DNA of 64,000 bases from Planktothricoides raciborskii GIHE-MW2 (GCF_040564635.1 NZ_CP159837.1:291801-355800); one strand, 5' to 3'; shown: positions 9,528-20,181, counted from the stretch's first letter. Translations and numbers: made by a program. Notes: generated by a model from the letters alone, not told the origin.

Positions 9528-10106
9528 TTAGGATTCGCGCTTGTTGTTAACATTTTGATTTGAAATGACTGTATATGCCGATTCAGCTACGGCAACGGCA
9601 ATGGTTACGGCTCCTGGTTCGGTTTCTAGGCGAAAAATTTGTTTCGGCACTAGGAGCGATATTGCATCCGCAACGCTTCGCGAACGCACAGTTTCTCCCG
9701 TTTGGGCTATTTTATCCGTTGCCGGACTCACGGTGGCAACAGCACAGAGGGCAGCGGCTTCAGCCACGCTAGGGGTGAGGATTTTTTCGGCGATCGCGGC
9801 TTCAGGGTTGGGTACTGCCTGGGATCGCAACTTTTCGGCGGGAAAAGTGCGTAACGGCCATTGGCGATCGCGGCAAAGTTCCACCAGTCCCGCTTCCGTG
9901 GCTTTGGTATCAATGGTGGCAATACCGGCGATCGCCTCCACCGCCAAATGATTCTTTTGAAATACTTCCTCTATCCCCGTTTCTATCGCCTTTCTAGAGG
10001 TAAACCGTTGGCAACCCACTCCGACCCACAAAACTCGCGGTGGTAAAAGCACTTGCGGCATTTCTGATTTTGGGGCAATTTGATGTTGGTTATGGTAAAA
10101 CTTCAT
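9528..10106 (-). CDS. CbiG C-terminal / CobE-like cobalamin biosynthesis domain protein
   Basis: LWVGVGCQRFTS ... AIAGIATIDTKATEAGLVELC ... PLRTFPAEKL fits the CbiG_C/CobE pattern. Confidence 0.55.
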   Translation of the reverse strand: MKFYHNQHQIAPKSEMPQVLLPPRVLWVGVGCQRFTSRKAIETGIEEVFQKNHLAVEAIAGIATIDTKATEAGLVELCRDRQWPLRTFPAEKLRSQAVPNPEAAIAEKILTPSVAEAAALCAVATVSPATDKIAQTGETVRSRSVADAISLLVPKQIFRLETEPGAVTIAVAVAESAYTVISNQNVNNKRES

Positions 10107-10176
10107 TCAAGTTATAGATATTAATCAGCGATATTAGTGTAGTTTCTTCAGAGAGTATCGGCTAGAAATTCGCACT

Positions 10177-11559
10177 TTAACTATTAATTAATCGCTGCGC
10201 TTCCCGAATTCCTGATAAGTAAGCCCCATGTACCGTGGAGGGATAGTCACGGGAGGTTGCTTCTCCGGCAAATAAGAGGCGCTGGTTCACGGGTTCAGCG
10301 AGGAGATCGCGATCGCCACTATCCCCACCCACGGGAATATAGGAATAAGACCCGAAAGCAAAGGGATCTTGAGTCCATCGAGTCATCATCACCATTTCCG
10401 GTTCAGGAATGGGTTGGCCATAATTCTGCCGCAAAACCCGCATAATGCGATCGCTAATTTGCGTTTCTGATAACTGTTCGATCTGGCGGGCAAAACTACC
10501 GCCAGTAAATGCCATTAATGCCGGTTTTTGACTGTAGAGTGACCAATTTAAAAATTCACCAAAATCCGCTTTTCCTTCAGATAGACAACCAAATCCGTGA
10601 TATTCTTCTGGCCAAAATTCCTGGGGAAATTTTAACACTACCTTATTTAAAACTCCCATACTTAGGCGATCTATTGCCCCTTGTTTGTTGGCAGGCAATG
10701 GGGGAGAAAACTTAATATTTCCAGATTTTAAGACTCCCAAAGGTAAGGTGACGATCGCCGCATCAGCGGTAAAATTGCCTCGATCAGTGGTGACGAATAC
10801 CCCTGAATTGCTGGTGGTAATTTCCATCACTGTTTGTTGCCGCTGAATTTCCAGATTTTTCGCTAATCCGTTAATAATTTGGTCATATCCTTGGGGAAAA
10901 ATATAATCATCGCCGTCAAAACTTTCTCCCTCATCAAACCACCAAGCGGAAAGATTTTCTAAGTCCGCACCCCGGTCAATAATCAGTTCAGAATTCAACC
11001 ACCATTGGACTAACTGAGATTCTTGGGGTTTCAGGGTTTGGGATTTTAAAATCTGTTGAATTGTGGCTGCCAGGGAGAGGTCTTTTTCTGAATTTTCCGC
11101 TAAGGCTTCCGCCCGTTCGATAATTTTTTCATAGATTTCATAACTACTATCAATATCCTCATCGCTAATTAATTTGCCATTGCTGCCGTACAAGAGAATA
11201 TTATCGAAATCTGTGGGCTTAATAGCAATATTCCATTCTCGCGCTAAATTGCCAATAGGATTATCGGTAATCCCATGAATCCAAGACGCCCCCAAATCTA
11301 CGGGAAAGCCCAGGGTGCGATCGGTATAAATGCGCCCCCCAATGCGATCGCGCCCTTCCAAAACCGTCACTTGAAACCCATTTTGCTGAAGTTCTTGGGC
11401 TGCCGCTAATCCGGCAATTCCCGCCCCAATCACCAACACTTTTTGCTGTTGAGATTGTACCCGATTTTCCGCACAAGCCCAAGACAGACCGACGGTACTA
11501 GCGAATAAACTGACCTGAAGGAAACGACGACGGTTAAGCAACGATTTAATTGAGGACAT
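10177..11559 (-). CDS. Tat-exported flavin-containing amine oxidase
   Basis: Twin-arginine leader RRRFLQVSLFASTVGLSWA and a GxGxxG FAD fold (VLVIGAGIAGLAAAQEL). The amine oxidase family C-terminal segment is present. Confidence 0.8.
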   Translation of the reverse strand: MSSIKSLLNRRRFLQVSLFASTVGLSWACAENRVQSQQQKVLVIGAGIAGLAAAQELQQNGFQVTVLEGRDRIGGRIYTDRTLGFPVDLGASWIHGITDNPIGNLAREWNIAIKPTDFDNILLYGSNGKLISDEDIDSSYEIYEKIIERAEALAENSEKDLSLAATIQQILKSQTLKPQESQLVQWWLNSELIIDRGADLENLSAWWFDEGESFDGDDYIFPQGYDQIINGLAKNLEIQRQQTVMEITTSNSGVFVTTDRGNFTADAAIVTLPLGVLKSGNIKFSPPLPANKQGAIDRLSMGVLNKVVLKFPQEFWPEEYHGFGCLSEGKADFGEFLNWSLYSQKPALMAFTGGSFARQIEQLSETQISDRIMRVLRQNYGQPIPEPEMVMMTRWTQDPFAFGSYSYIPVGGDSGDRDLLAEPVNQRLLFAGEATSRDYPSTVHGAYLSGIREAQRLINS

Positions 11560-11613
11560 AGAGGATTTAACCAGTTAAATTATCAAGCATAAAGTCCGGG
11601 TCACCATTAACAG

Positions 11614-12087
11614 TTACTTCGAGAAACTTATTGTCTCTGTGACTCTGTGGTTTTTCCCCGTTTGAAACAAATCTTTTTTCTGACGATAAAGCGATCGCAA
11701 ACTTTCTAATCCTTCGGGGGTCAAGAGATGTTTGATCGAACCCACTAATTTACCCCAAGCAAATAATTGACCCATTGAGGTGGCTTGCTGGAAATGCTGT
11801 TGATAAAATTCAACCCAAAAGTCCGGGGCATATTTTCCTGGCCAACGCCGCCGCCAGTAATCATAATCCCGTCCTTGGGGTAAGTCAACGCCGAGAATGG
11901 GGGGCAAGTCAGCGTAGCTGACAAAACGGCTGATTCCTTTACCCACAACGAGGATCACCCGAAACCAGAGGCGCACCCGATAGATATGCTTGACTGGGAC
12001 TTTTAATAATCGGGCGATCGCTTCTTTGGTGACAAACCGGCATAAAGGATGCCAGCTAATTGACTTTGGCTTAAAAGTTGTTATCAT
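11614..12087 (-). CDS. hypothetical protein
   Basis: 157-aa ORF at the head of the same-strand operon. I recognise no motifs. Confidence 0.4.
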   Translation of the reverse strand: MITTFKPKSISWHPLCRFVTKEAIARLLKVPVKHIYRVRLWFRVILVVGKGISRFVSYADLPPILGVDLPQGRDYDYWRRRWPGKYAPDFWVEFYQQHFQQATSMGQLFAWGKLVGSIKHLLTPEGLESLRSLYRQKKDLFQTGKNHRVTETISFSK

Positions 12088-12264
12088 AGTAAGTGCGTTC
12101 TTATCATAGTAAGTACGTTCCCATTTTTGTGGGATCTAGTAAGTCCCTTCCCCTTTTTGTGGGATTTGGATTGGATTGGCGATCGCCCTTCAGTTTTCCA
12201 GTCCGGAGGCGTCGCCATTTATATTTTTACCACTATATGATAAATATTTATCACTTGTCAATAC

Positions 12265-12477
12265 ATGGGTCTAGTTAAGCTAAAAATTCGCGAGTTAGCA
12301 GAGGAAAAAGGCTGGAGCATGAAGGAAGTGGCCGATCGCTCTGGGTTGGTCTATAGCACGATTCGCCATTATGCGCGATCGCCCGGAATGGCTACAGTAG
12401 ATTTAGTCGCCATCATCAAGTTAGCTCGCACCTTTGATGTGATGGTAGAAGACTTGGTGGAAGTGGTGAAGGAGTAG
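12265..12477 (+). CDS. XRE-family helix-turn-helix transcriptional regulator
   Basis: A 70-aa HTH protein (IRELAEEKGWSMKEVADRSGLVYSTIRHYA). Confidence 0.7.
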   Translation: MGLVKLKIRELAEEKGWSMKEVADRSGLVYSTIRHYARSPGMATVDLVAIIKLARTFDVMVEDLVEVVKE

Positions 12478-12523
12478 CCATTCCCATTCCCAAAAGTTCC
12501 GCAAATTTTCCTTAAAAGTTTTT

Positions 12524-12877
12524 TCAGGATATCCCATAACCTGTATAGGGACGAACTTCTGGGGGCTGAAATCCTAGGACAATATCGGATTTTGGTATTC
12601 CCGCTTCTAGCAATTCTTCCGTAATGCCATCTTCAATACCATCTCTTTGAATCCAAATTTTCCCATCAATAATTTGGACGTGGGTAATACAGCCGTGAAC
12701 GCGGCGTCTTTTGCCGTCTTCCTGTTGCCATCCCACATCAAATAATAAAAAGTGGTTGCGATCGCGATCGACGATCGCATATTCATCAATTTGGCCATAG
12801 GAATAAGGCAAATCAGCGTGTCTTTTCAGGATTTTTTCAATAGTGTCTCGATAAAAATCTAAGCGATCCATTGGCAT
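12524..12877 (-). CDS. xisI: XisI family protein
   Basis: MPMDRLDFYRDTIEKIL ... NHFLLFDVGWQ ... CITHVQIIDGKIWIQRDGIEDG is a typical XisI sequence. Confidence 0.85.
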   Translation of the reverse strand: MPMDRLDFYRDTIEKILKRHADLPYSYGQIDEYAIVDRDRNHFLLFDVGWQQEDGKRRRVHGCITHVQIIDGKIWIQRDGIEDGITEELLEAGIPKSDIVLGFQPPEVRPYTGYGIS

Positions 12878-13272
12878 ACCTCCTGACTTTCTGGATTAAA
12901 AACTAACAACTTAATCTGATTTATTTCCACGATTAACTTGGGTAATTCCTCAGAAAAAAAATCATAAAATACGACTTGAGGAATTGCAAGATATAATAGA
13001 CGATTCTGTTGCAGTTTTGCCAAAACCTGGGAATACATGATGTATTGCCCCAAGGCTTGTTCTAAATCTTTAACGGGAGAAGGATTTAAAAAGCTTTTTA
13101 CCTCTACGGCAATTTGCTGACCTTCTTTTTGTGCTGCTAACAACTTTTCTGCCCCCAAATCTACATAAGTCATCCGACCACCAAACTTCAACCGTAGCGG
13201 ATCCTCTGTAATTGTCCAGCCATCTTTGATTAAAGCTATTTTAACCGCTTCGTGGTAGATATCTTTGGCCAT
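12859..13272 (-). CDS. xisH: XisH family protein
   Basis: MAKDIYHEAVKIALIKDGWTITEDPL ... IAVEVKSF is a typical XisH sequence. It overlaps xisI by 19 bp. Confidence 0.85.
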   Translation of the reverse strand: MAKDIYHEAVKIALIKDGWTITEDPLRLKFGGRMTYVDLGAEKLLAAQKEGQQIAVEVKSFLNPSPVKDLEQALGQYIMYSQVLAKLQQNRLLYLAIPQVVFYDFFSEELPKLIVEINQIKLLVFNPESQEVCQWIA

Positions 13273-13401
13273 TCTATCTGCCCCTAAATGAGCGCGATAA
13301 GTAGGTGTACATAATTAATTGTACTCATTGTACTTTGATTTGGCTGAGATAAATCTCTGGATTTAGCCAAGCTGGTCTTTGTTGAGTTGATATTGCTTGA
13401 T

Positions 13402-16056
13402 TTAAGAAGTGCCGATCGCACTGCGGACTAAAATCACCGTACAATTACAACCGCGAGAAATTTCTTCGGGAATATTGCCCTTAATCACCTGTTGTAATAA
13501 TCCTTCCCGACTGGCGCCGAGTAACACTACATCGTAATTATACTCTTGTGCGAGGGTACTAATCACATCAGGAACAGAATCGCCATATATGGGAGTAGCG
13601 GAGATGGGACAATTCACCCGCTGATTCAGAAATTCACGGGCTTGATATAATGGGGTTTTATCCGGTTGAAATTGATTAGGATCGAATACTTCACAAAGGC
13701 GAATTTCTGGTTGATTCCCAAGCTTTAATAAGCCCGGTAAAAGTTTGAGGGCTTGTTGAGAATTAGGGCCGCCACCGATGCAAAGTAACCACCGATTAAA
13801 TAAAGGCACCGGACAGCTTTTAGTATTCGGAACCTCTTCTATAGGATTGTCTAAGCTGTTCATCTGTAAAGATTGACTCCATTTCACCACTACCACATGA
13901 CAAGAAGCTTGGCGAATTACCGTATCAACCACGTTACTAAAAATCCGCCCAGGGCTTAAGGTGGCACCTTTCCAACCCATTAAAATTAAATCAATATGTC
14001 GCTCTTTGATAGTATCTAAAATCGCTTGGGAGACATCGTGAGTCACGCGCACTTGTGTATGCACCGGCACTCCGTAACTGCGGGCAATTCTTACCGCTTG
14101 TTTTAACAACCGACGACTCTGAGTGGTGCGTACTGGGGTTTCTGATGGGGGTTGATCCCGGTGGACTAACAGCACTTGCAGGCATTCTAGTTCTGAATTT
14201 TGCTCACGGGCGATCGCTGCTGCCAACCTAATCAAAGTTCCGGCAGTTTCTGGGTTAGCCAATGGCACCAAAATCCGAGTTTTTCCCACCGCTGGATCGC
14301 GAGTTTGATACACCACATAAGAGGGAGTAGGATTGCTTTTACCGGAAGTTTCTCTGGCTAAATGAGTGCTTTCGGTTCTAATAATATCGCTACGAGTAAT
14401 AATCCCTACTAATTTACGTCCTTCGACTACCGGCAAGCGACTCAAACCAAACCGATTTAACTGATATAAAACCTCGCTTAAACTATCGTCTGAATTTACC
14501 GTTACCGGCTGTGGGGTCATAATTTCTCGGACTAATTGATGTTCGTGATAGCCTTTGGTGCCTATTTTGGCTAAATCCGCTTGACCGACAATTCCTACCA
14601 ATTGACCATTGTTGACCACGGGAAAGCCGCGATGATGAGACGATGCAAACTTATGCAAAGCTTCACCGAGAGTTTGTTCGGCGCTGAGGGTTTCCACTTG
14701 CCGCTGCATCACGTCTACGGCATGGATTTCCGATAAAAAACCGCCCACTGGTTTTTCTTTTTTTAGTTCAATGCCATTTAATGCCAAAAGCTCATCATAA
14801 AGTGAACCGCGATTGATGCGTTCCGAGACTAAGTAAGACACCACGCTGACAATCATCAAAGGCAAGACTAGGTTAAAGTCCGTGGTAATTTCAAATATCA
14901 TTACCACGCTGGTAATTGGCGCACGAGATACGGCGCAAAAAAATGCCCCCATTCCCGCAAAGGCGTAACTGGTAGGTTTTGCCAAAGCCACAATTTCCCA
15001 TTCCCATAAACCAACTAGATAACCGAGGGCAGATCCGAGAATTAAGGATGGGGCAAATAGTCCCCCTGGGGCGCGAGAACTGGCGGCGATAATGGTGAGA
15101 CAGAAGTGAGTGATAAAGGCGATCGCGCAACTTTTCGCATCAGGTTCCCCAGTCAACATAAACTCTCGTAACCCGGCGTAATTTCTAAATAGCGGCGGTA
15201 AGAGGGAGACAACAATGCCGCCAATTAAGCCAGCTAAGGCCATTTGCAGGGGCAAACCGATTCGCAGCCATCGCCGATTAAAAATAGTGGTTTGGACAAT
15301 GCCTTTTTGAAACAATACCCCCAGCAACCCCGCGAGAATGCCCAACAGCAGGTAAAAAGGAATCTCTTGGGCGGAAAAGGTGGTATATCTGGCGGTGAGA
15401 CTTTGATCTAGGTTGAGGCTTTGTCCCCCCAGGATCCGAGAAACTACCGCCCCGATAAAGGAAGCAATAATCGCCGGACCGAGGGTAATATTGGAAAAAT
15501 CTCTAATTAGTTCTTCCACTACAAATAAGACTCCGGCAATGGGGGCATTAAACCCCGCTGCGAGTCCGGCAGCAGCCCCACAAGCAATTAACTGACGGCG
15601 ATAGTCGGGAGAGGTTGGAACCCAGCGACTGAGTTGGGCTGCCAATGCAGCGCCAATTTGCACCGTCGGACCTTGTCTGCCCAAGGTGACACCAGAGGCA
15701 ATGGTGAGCATACTGCCCAGTAACTTGACCGCTGCGACTCGACCATCGAGGTTGCCACCGAGTCCAGCTAAGGCAACTTTTACCTGGGGAATACCACTAC
15801 CAGAGGTTTCTGGGGCGACCCGCTGGACGAGTAAACCGGCGAGAAAGGTTCCGCAGCAGGCGATCGCGGGTAGTACCAACCAGACTGGATATTGTTGGGT
15901 GAGGATTAGGCGAATGCTGCCCAGCCATTCCACTCCTTGTTTGAGTAAAACCGCTGCCAGCCCTGATACCAAACCAATTAAACAGGCTTCAAAAATCGCC
16001 AGGTTTTTCGGGCTGAGGGATTTCCCTAGGCGATCGCGAATCTTAGCCAATGGCAT
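13402..16056 (-). CDS. ClC-family chloride channel fused to CBS pair and two universal-stress-protein domains
   Basis: ClC motifs GSGIPQV, GRQGP and GLFAP. Two CBS domains follow, and the C-terminus has two USP-like alpha/beta domains. Length 884 aa. Confidence 0.85.
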   Translation of the reverse strand: MPLAKIRDRLGKSLSPKNLAIFEACLIGLVSGLAAVLLKQGVEWLGSIRLILTQQYPVWLVLPAIACCGTFLAGLLVQRVAPETSGSGIPQVKVALAGLGGNLDGRVAAVKLLGSMLTIASGVTLGRQGPTVQIGAALAAQLSRWVPTSPDYRRQLIACGAAAGLAAGFNAPIAGVLFVVEELIRDFSNITLGPAIIASFIGAVVSRILGGQSLNLDQSLTARYTTFSAQEIPFYLLLGILAGLLGVLFQKGIVQTTIFNRRWLRIGLPLQMALAGLIGGIVVSLLPPLFRNYAGLREFMLTGEPDAKSCAIAFITHFCLTIIAASSRAPGGLFAPSLILGSALGYLVGLWEWEIVALAKPTSYAFAGMGAFFCAVSRAPITSVVMIFEITTDFNLVLPLMIVSVVSYLVSERINRGSLYDELLALNGIELKKEKPVGGFLSEIHAVDVMQRQVETLSAEQTLGEALHKFASSHHRGFPVVNNGQLVGIVGQADLAKIGTKGYHEHQLVREIMTPQPVTVNSDDSLSEVLYQLNRFGLSRLPVVEGRKLVGIITRSDIIRTESTHLARETSGKSNPTPSYVVYQTRDPAVGKTRILVPLANPETAGTLIRLAAAIAREQNSELECLQVLLVHRDQPPSETPVRTTQSRRLLKQAVRIARSYGVPVHTQVRVTHDVSQAILDTIKERHIDLILMGWKGATLSPGRIFSNVVDTVIRQASCHVVVVKWSQSLQMNSLDNPIEEVPNTKSCPVPLFNRWLLCIGGGPNSQQALKLLPGLLKLGNQPEIRLCEVFDPNQFQPDKTPLYQAREFLNQRVNCPISATPIYGDSVPDVISTLAQEYNYDVVLLGASREGLLQQVIKGNIPEEISRGCNCTVILVRSAIGTS

Positions 16057-16588
16057 AAAGCAATTAAAAATTCACAATAATTTTACAGTAAACAAAAAAT
16101 CGGAAATTAAGATAATTTTGCCATTGAATTGCCTTTAATTCCTGGTTTCTTGGGGGCGCGATCGCTTCATGGTCAATCCCCGACCATTTTCTTCCCCCTA
16201 AACTGTCACAATTATCACAATTACTTAAAGTTTTCGGTGTTTAATATCGCATTACACCTAAAAAATTTGCGGCTCTAAATGTAGGGTTTACCTGGCCTAC
16301 AACCGGCAATATATAGTGATTTAACTCTATATTTGCGTAATTCCTCAAAAAGGCTCTATCTGGAACCACCAGATATTTTATGCCTAAATTATATTCTGTA
16401 TAGAAGACATTATATAAGATGGCGAAATCAAACTGCTCTATTTTAGTTATTTTTGATAAAAATAACCAGTTAACGATAAAGAAATATCTAAAAATCATTA
16501 ACTTGTCTAACTATCTCTAAATTTAGTTGACGTTTTGAGATTCGTTCACTTACAGTAAGGCATAAAAATAAATAATAGAGGACAACAG

Positions 16589-18610
16589 ATGTTTCGCAAT
16601 CGAACTCAAGTGGTTGTGCTTGCTGGGGTCGTCTGCACGGTTGTCGCCTGGGGAATTCCTGGGCGATCGCAGCAACAACCAGGGGAAACATTAGTCCGGC
16701 AAGAAACTTTGCTGGCACCAGCCGAAGCCAAAGCCGAAGCCCCCGCGCCCAAAGCAATCACCACCGAAGCTCCGACCATTCCTGTTGACCAGCTTAAATT
16801 ATTAGTCAAGCCTCTGACCCTCCCTGAGTTAGAGACTGAAGCCGCAGCCTGGATGGATTTGCTAAAAGCCAAAGTTCAGGAAATCAGCAACGCTGAAATT
16901 GCCATCAAACGCAAGAATCAGGTGGTTGATCAACAACAACAGGCGGTTAAAGCCTTAGAAGATGCTAAAGCTGCCTTTGCTGCTGCTGAAGAAGCTCAAA
17001 AGGCAGCTACACCCGGTTCTCCCGAAGCTGAAGCAGCAGCTAAAAAAGTTGAAGAAGCCAAGGAAGCCCTAGGGAAAGCTCAAGAAGCAGTCAATACGGC
17101 CACTCAAACGACGGAAACAATTAACCAGGATGAGTCTGTAAAGCAATTAGTTGACGAAGCCAAGCAAGATGTAGCGGCAGGAGGCAAAACTGCTGCCGAA
17201 AAAAAAGAAGAAAAAAAACAGGCAGATCAAGAGGGTGCCACCGCATCATCCCCCGATGCTGATGAATTCGATCTTTACTGTAACCAGTACGGTTACGCCA
17301 GCTATGTAGGTCAATCCGGAGTTGAAGTTTCCTGTTCTAAGGAAAACACACAAACCGAGGCAGCGGCTAAAAATACCGAGGCAGCGGCTGACAATATTGA
17401 CCAAGCCGCCGCAGATGTCGAAGCCGGTGCCGCAGACAGCGAAGCAAAACTCCAAGAAAAACAAGGACAGTTAAACGAAGCGACGAAACAATTAGAAAAG
17501 TCCTCCGCCGCAGAAGAGGAAGTGAAAACCCAACTGGTGGTCAACGTCACGACACTCCAAGGAGAACGGACTAGCCTGATCGATCGCTTAAATGTGGTTT
17601 TGGATGAAATACAAGCCAAAGGGGGCGACCCAATAGCTTACAGAACTTACATTCAAGCCGTCAGTCTTGTAGAAGTTGATGTCCGCGATACCAACGCACT
17701 GGGCATCCGAATGCTCAGTTGGATCGAGTCTGATGAAGGCGGTGTCCGCTGGGGGATGAATATTGGTAAGTTCGTGGGTATTTTAGTAGTGTCGATCGTC
17801 GTTTCCCAAATCCTGGGTCGGGTAGTCAATGGCACGATGAACAAATTCGCAGCTTCGTCTCTGTTGCGTGAATTTGTGGTCATGCTGGTGAAACGTGGCG
17901 GGGTCATTATCGGGGTTCTGATCGCATTGACCGCATTAGAAATCAGCTTAGGTCCATTGTTAGCCGTATTTGGTGGACTGAGTTTCATCCTCGGTTTTGC
18001 CCTGCAAAGCAACCTCGGCAACTTGGCTAGTGGCTTGATGATTATGGCCTACAAGCCCTTTGACGTGGGGGATGAAGTGAAGGTGGGAGGCTACTGGGCT
18101 TACATTAAGTCTATTACCCTCGCGAGTACCAAACTTCAGGGCTTTGACGGAAGTATTATTAATGTGCCGAACAATAATGTTTGGGGTGGTGACATTATTA
18201 ATTTCACCACCGCAGAGATCCGTAAGCATACGATCCCAATCTCTGTAAAGTTTGAGCAAGACCTAGATCAAGTTTACAAGATGTGGATGCAGATTGCCGC
18301 ATCACATCCAAAAGTGTTAGAGACCCCAGCCCCGGGTTGGTTCCCTTGGAGTAGTCAATATGACTATCAGATTTCCGTAACTCTATCAGCATGGACAAAG
18401 ACAGAGGACTATTGGGATGTGTATGTTGATTTGCTGAAGATGTTGCAAAAAAGCATTGGCGAGTTAGGGATTCAGTTGACCGCTCCGGTGCAAGATATTC
18501 GGATCGAATCTGGATCTAATCCTAATGGGAAAATGCCAAATCTACCTACGGAATTGATCGCGGAATCTGCAATTGTAAAAACAGCTTCAGTGTCTCCCGA
18601 AAAAGTTTAG
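16589..18610 (+). CDS. MscS-family mechanosensitive channel with long N-terminal A/E/K-rich coiled-coil domain
   Basis: Signal peptide, then about 330 aa of coiled-coil, then an MscS TM3 and beta domain (LASGLMIMAYKPFDVGDEVKVGGYWAYIKSITLASTKLQGFDGSIINVPNN). Confidence 0.85.
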   Translation: MFRNRTQVVVLAGVVCTVVAWGIPGRSQQQPGETLVRQETLLAPAEAKAEAPAPKAITTEAPTIPVDQLKLLVKPLTLPELETEAAAWMDLLKAKVQEISNAEIAIKRKNQVVDQQQQAVKALEDAKAAFAAAEEAQKAATPGSPEAEAAAKKVEEAKEALGKAQEAVNTATQTTETINQDESVKQLVDEAKQDVAAGGKTAAEKKEEKKQADQEGATASSPDADEFDLYCNQYGYASYVGQSGVEVSCSKENTQTEAAAKNTEAAADNIDQAAADVEAGAADSEAKLQEKQGQLNEATKQLEKSSAAEEEVKTQLVVNVTTLQGERTSLIDRLNVVLDEIQAKGGDPIAYRTYIQAVSLVEVDVRDTNALGIRMLSWIESDEGGVRWGMNIGKFVGILVVSIVVSQILGRVVNGTMNKFAASSLLREFVVMLVKRGGVIIGVLIALTALEISLGPLLAVFGGLSFILGFALQSNLGNLASGLMIMAYKPFDVGDEVKVGGYWAYIKSITLASTKLQGFDGSIINVPNNNVWGGDIINFTTAEIRKHTIPISVKFEQDLDQVYKMWMQIAASHPKVLETPAPGWFPWSSQYDYQISVTLSAWTKTEDYWDVYVDLLKMLQKSIGELGIQLTAPVQDIRIESGSNPNGKMPNLPTELIAESAIVKTASVSPEKV

Positions 18611-18675
18611 ATATTTACCAGAAAAAGCTTAGATATTTAATTTAGCGAATCGATCTATCTTAAAATAATCAGATG

Positions 18676-18706
18676 ATGGCCACGCATGAGCATGGCCACT
18701 TTTTTT
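18676..18706 (+). terminator. hairpin plus T-run after the MscS gene
   Basis: atggccacgcatgagcatggccac followed by ttttttt. Confidence 0.5.
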
Positions 18707-18942
18707 ACATCAGTCCGTCAGCTATATCCTTGTTCCCAGTTCAGAAAAGGAAATGCCAATCTAGAGTATCTGCCTCCCAGCCGTTTTTTTTCAAGTGCGA
18801 TCGCGCATCTTGTTTTCGGGGCAAATGACTATATATAGATTAAATGGAGCATGGTGCTGCGCCAAATTTATCGGTCAAATTGGGGCGTTACACTGCGCTT
18901 CGCTCCCTTAACACTCCCTACCAATACTACCAATACTAACTA

Positions 18943-20181
18943 CTAACAATTCAACAACTCTTTCAGAGCTTGGGCTAGTTTCTCATATTGCGCCTCAGTA
19001 TTATAAATTTGCGCGGAAATTCTCACTATCCACTGCTGAGTTGGCCAGAAATAAAAAATTGGTACTTGAATGCCATATCGATCATACAAAGCACCGGGCA
19101 ACTGATTGGCTGGAAATTGCTCGACTTTCTGGGGTAAAGGAATTGAAGCCATTGCCCCAATCATTTCATCAGGACAGGGCAAAGCAACTCCCAAGGTTTC
19201 ACAGATTATTTTTCTGGCTGTCACCGCTAACTGATGATTTCGTTCCATCAGTTCCAGCCAGCCATTTTCTAGGTGTGAATCAATAAATTTTATCGCGGTG
19301 GGAACTGATAAATAAGCGGTGGGATCGTCGGTGCCTGTCCAGTCAAATTCTAAGTGGAATCTTGACTTATCCGTGCGTGGTGAATTGGTGCCGTTACTAA
19401 TCGAAAGCGGACGAATCTGTGACTGTCGATCTGAGCGAATATATAAAAATCCTGCCCCTTTGGGACTGAGTAACCATTTGTGACAGTTGCCAGTGTAGTA
19501 AGTAGCGCCAATTTCTGACAAATCTATCGATACCATCCCCGGTGCTTGGGCGCCATCCACCAAGGTATCAATTCCCAGTTTTGTCAGTTGACTAATGAGT
19601 TTTTCAATGGGAAAAATTAAGCCCGTTTGACTGGTAGCATGATCGAGTAATACCAGTTTAGTTTTTGCGGAGACTTTCTGCATCACCGCTTCAATGATTT
19701 GATCCGGTGATTCCAGGGGAAAAGATACTGGCGCCCGGACTATCTGAACATTGGCGCGATCGCCCACAAAATTGAGGGCATTTTGACAGGCATTATAAGC
19801 ATGGTCGGTGGTTAGTATTTCGTCTCCCGGATGGAAATGTAGCGATCGCAATACCGTATTCACCCCGGTGGTAGCATTGGGAACAAAGACTAAATCTTCA
19901 GGATTTGCCCCCACAAATTGAGCTAATTTATGTCTCGCATCATCTAACAATAGCTCAAAATCTTGCATAAAAAATCGCACTGGATCGAGTTCCAGTTGCG
20001 ATCGTAATCTTTTTTGTTCAGCCATTACCACCTGGGGACAAGCACCGAACGAACCATGATTTAAAAAAGTAATCTGGCGATCGAGTGACCAAAACTCCTG
20101 CCACGGATTCCCGAATTCATCTGAAATATTAGCTGCTGATGACATGACTTTATGCTCGGTATTTCCTTCTGATAATACCAT
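18943..20181 (-). CDS. class V aminotransferase (isopenicillin-N epimerase / cysteine desulfurase-like fold)
   Basis: FLNHGSFGACP at the N-terminus, a conserved GNCHKWL lysine region, and a length of 412 aa. Confidence 0.75.
   Translation of the reverse strand: MVLSEGNTEHKVMSSAANISDEFGNPWQEFWSLDRQITFLNHGSFGACPQVVMAEQKRLRSQLELDPVRFFMQDFELLLDDARHKLAQFVGANPEDLVFVPNATTGVNTVLRSLHFHPGDEILTTDHAYNACQNALNFVGDRANVQIVRAPVSFPLESPDQIIEAVMQKVSAKTKLVLLDHATSQTGLIFPIEKLISQLTKLGIDTLVDGAQAPGMVSIDLSEIGATYYTGNCHKWLLSPKGAGFLYIRSDRQSQIRPLSISNGTNSPRTDKSRFHLEFDWTGTDDPTAYLSVPTAIKFIDSHLENGWLELMERNHQLAVTARKIICETLGVALPCPDEMIGAMASIPLPQKVEQFPANQLPGALYDRYGIQVPIFYFWPTQQWIVRISAQIYNTEAQYEKLAQALKELLNC

Noticed and set aside
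9565-10046. Several + strand ORFs antisense to the CbiG-like gene
   Set aside because: These are antisense shadow ORFs in a GC-rich gene. The minus-strand product has clear family motifs.
16606-18398. Minus-strand ORFs (88-122 aa) inside the MscS gene
   Set aside because: They are antisense to a well-supported 673-aa channel gene, and the Ala/Ser-rich translations are typical shadow frames.
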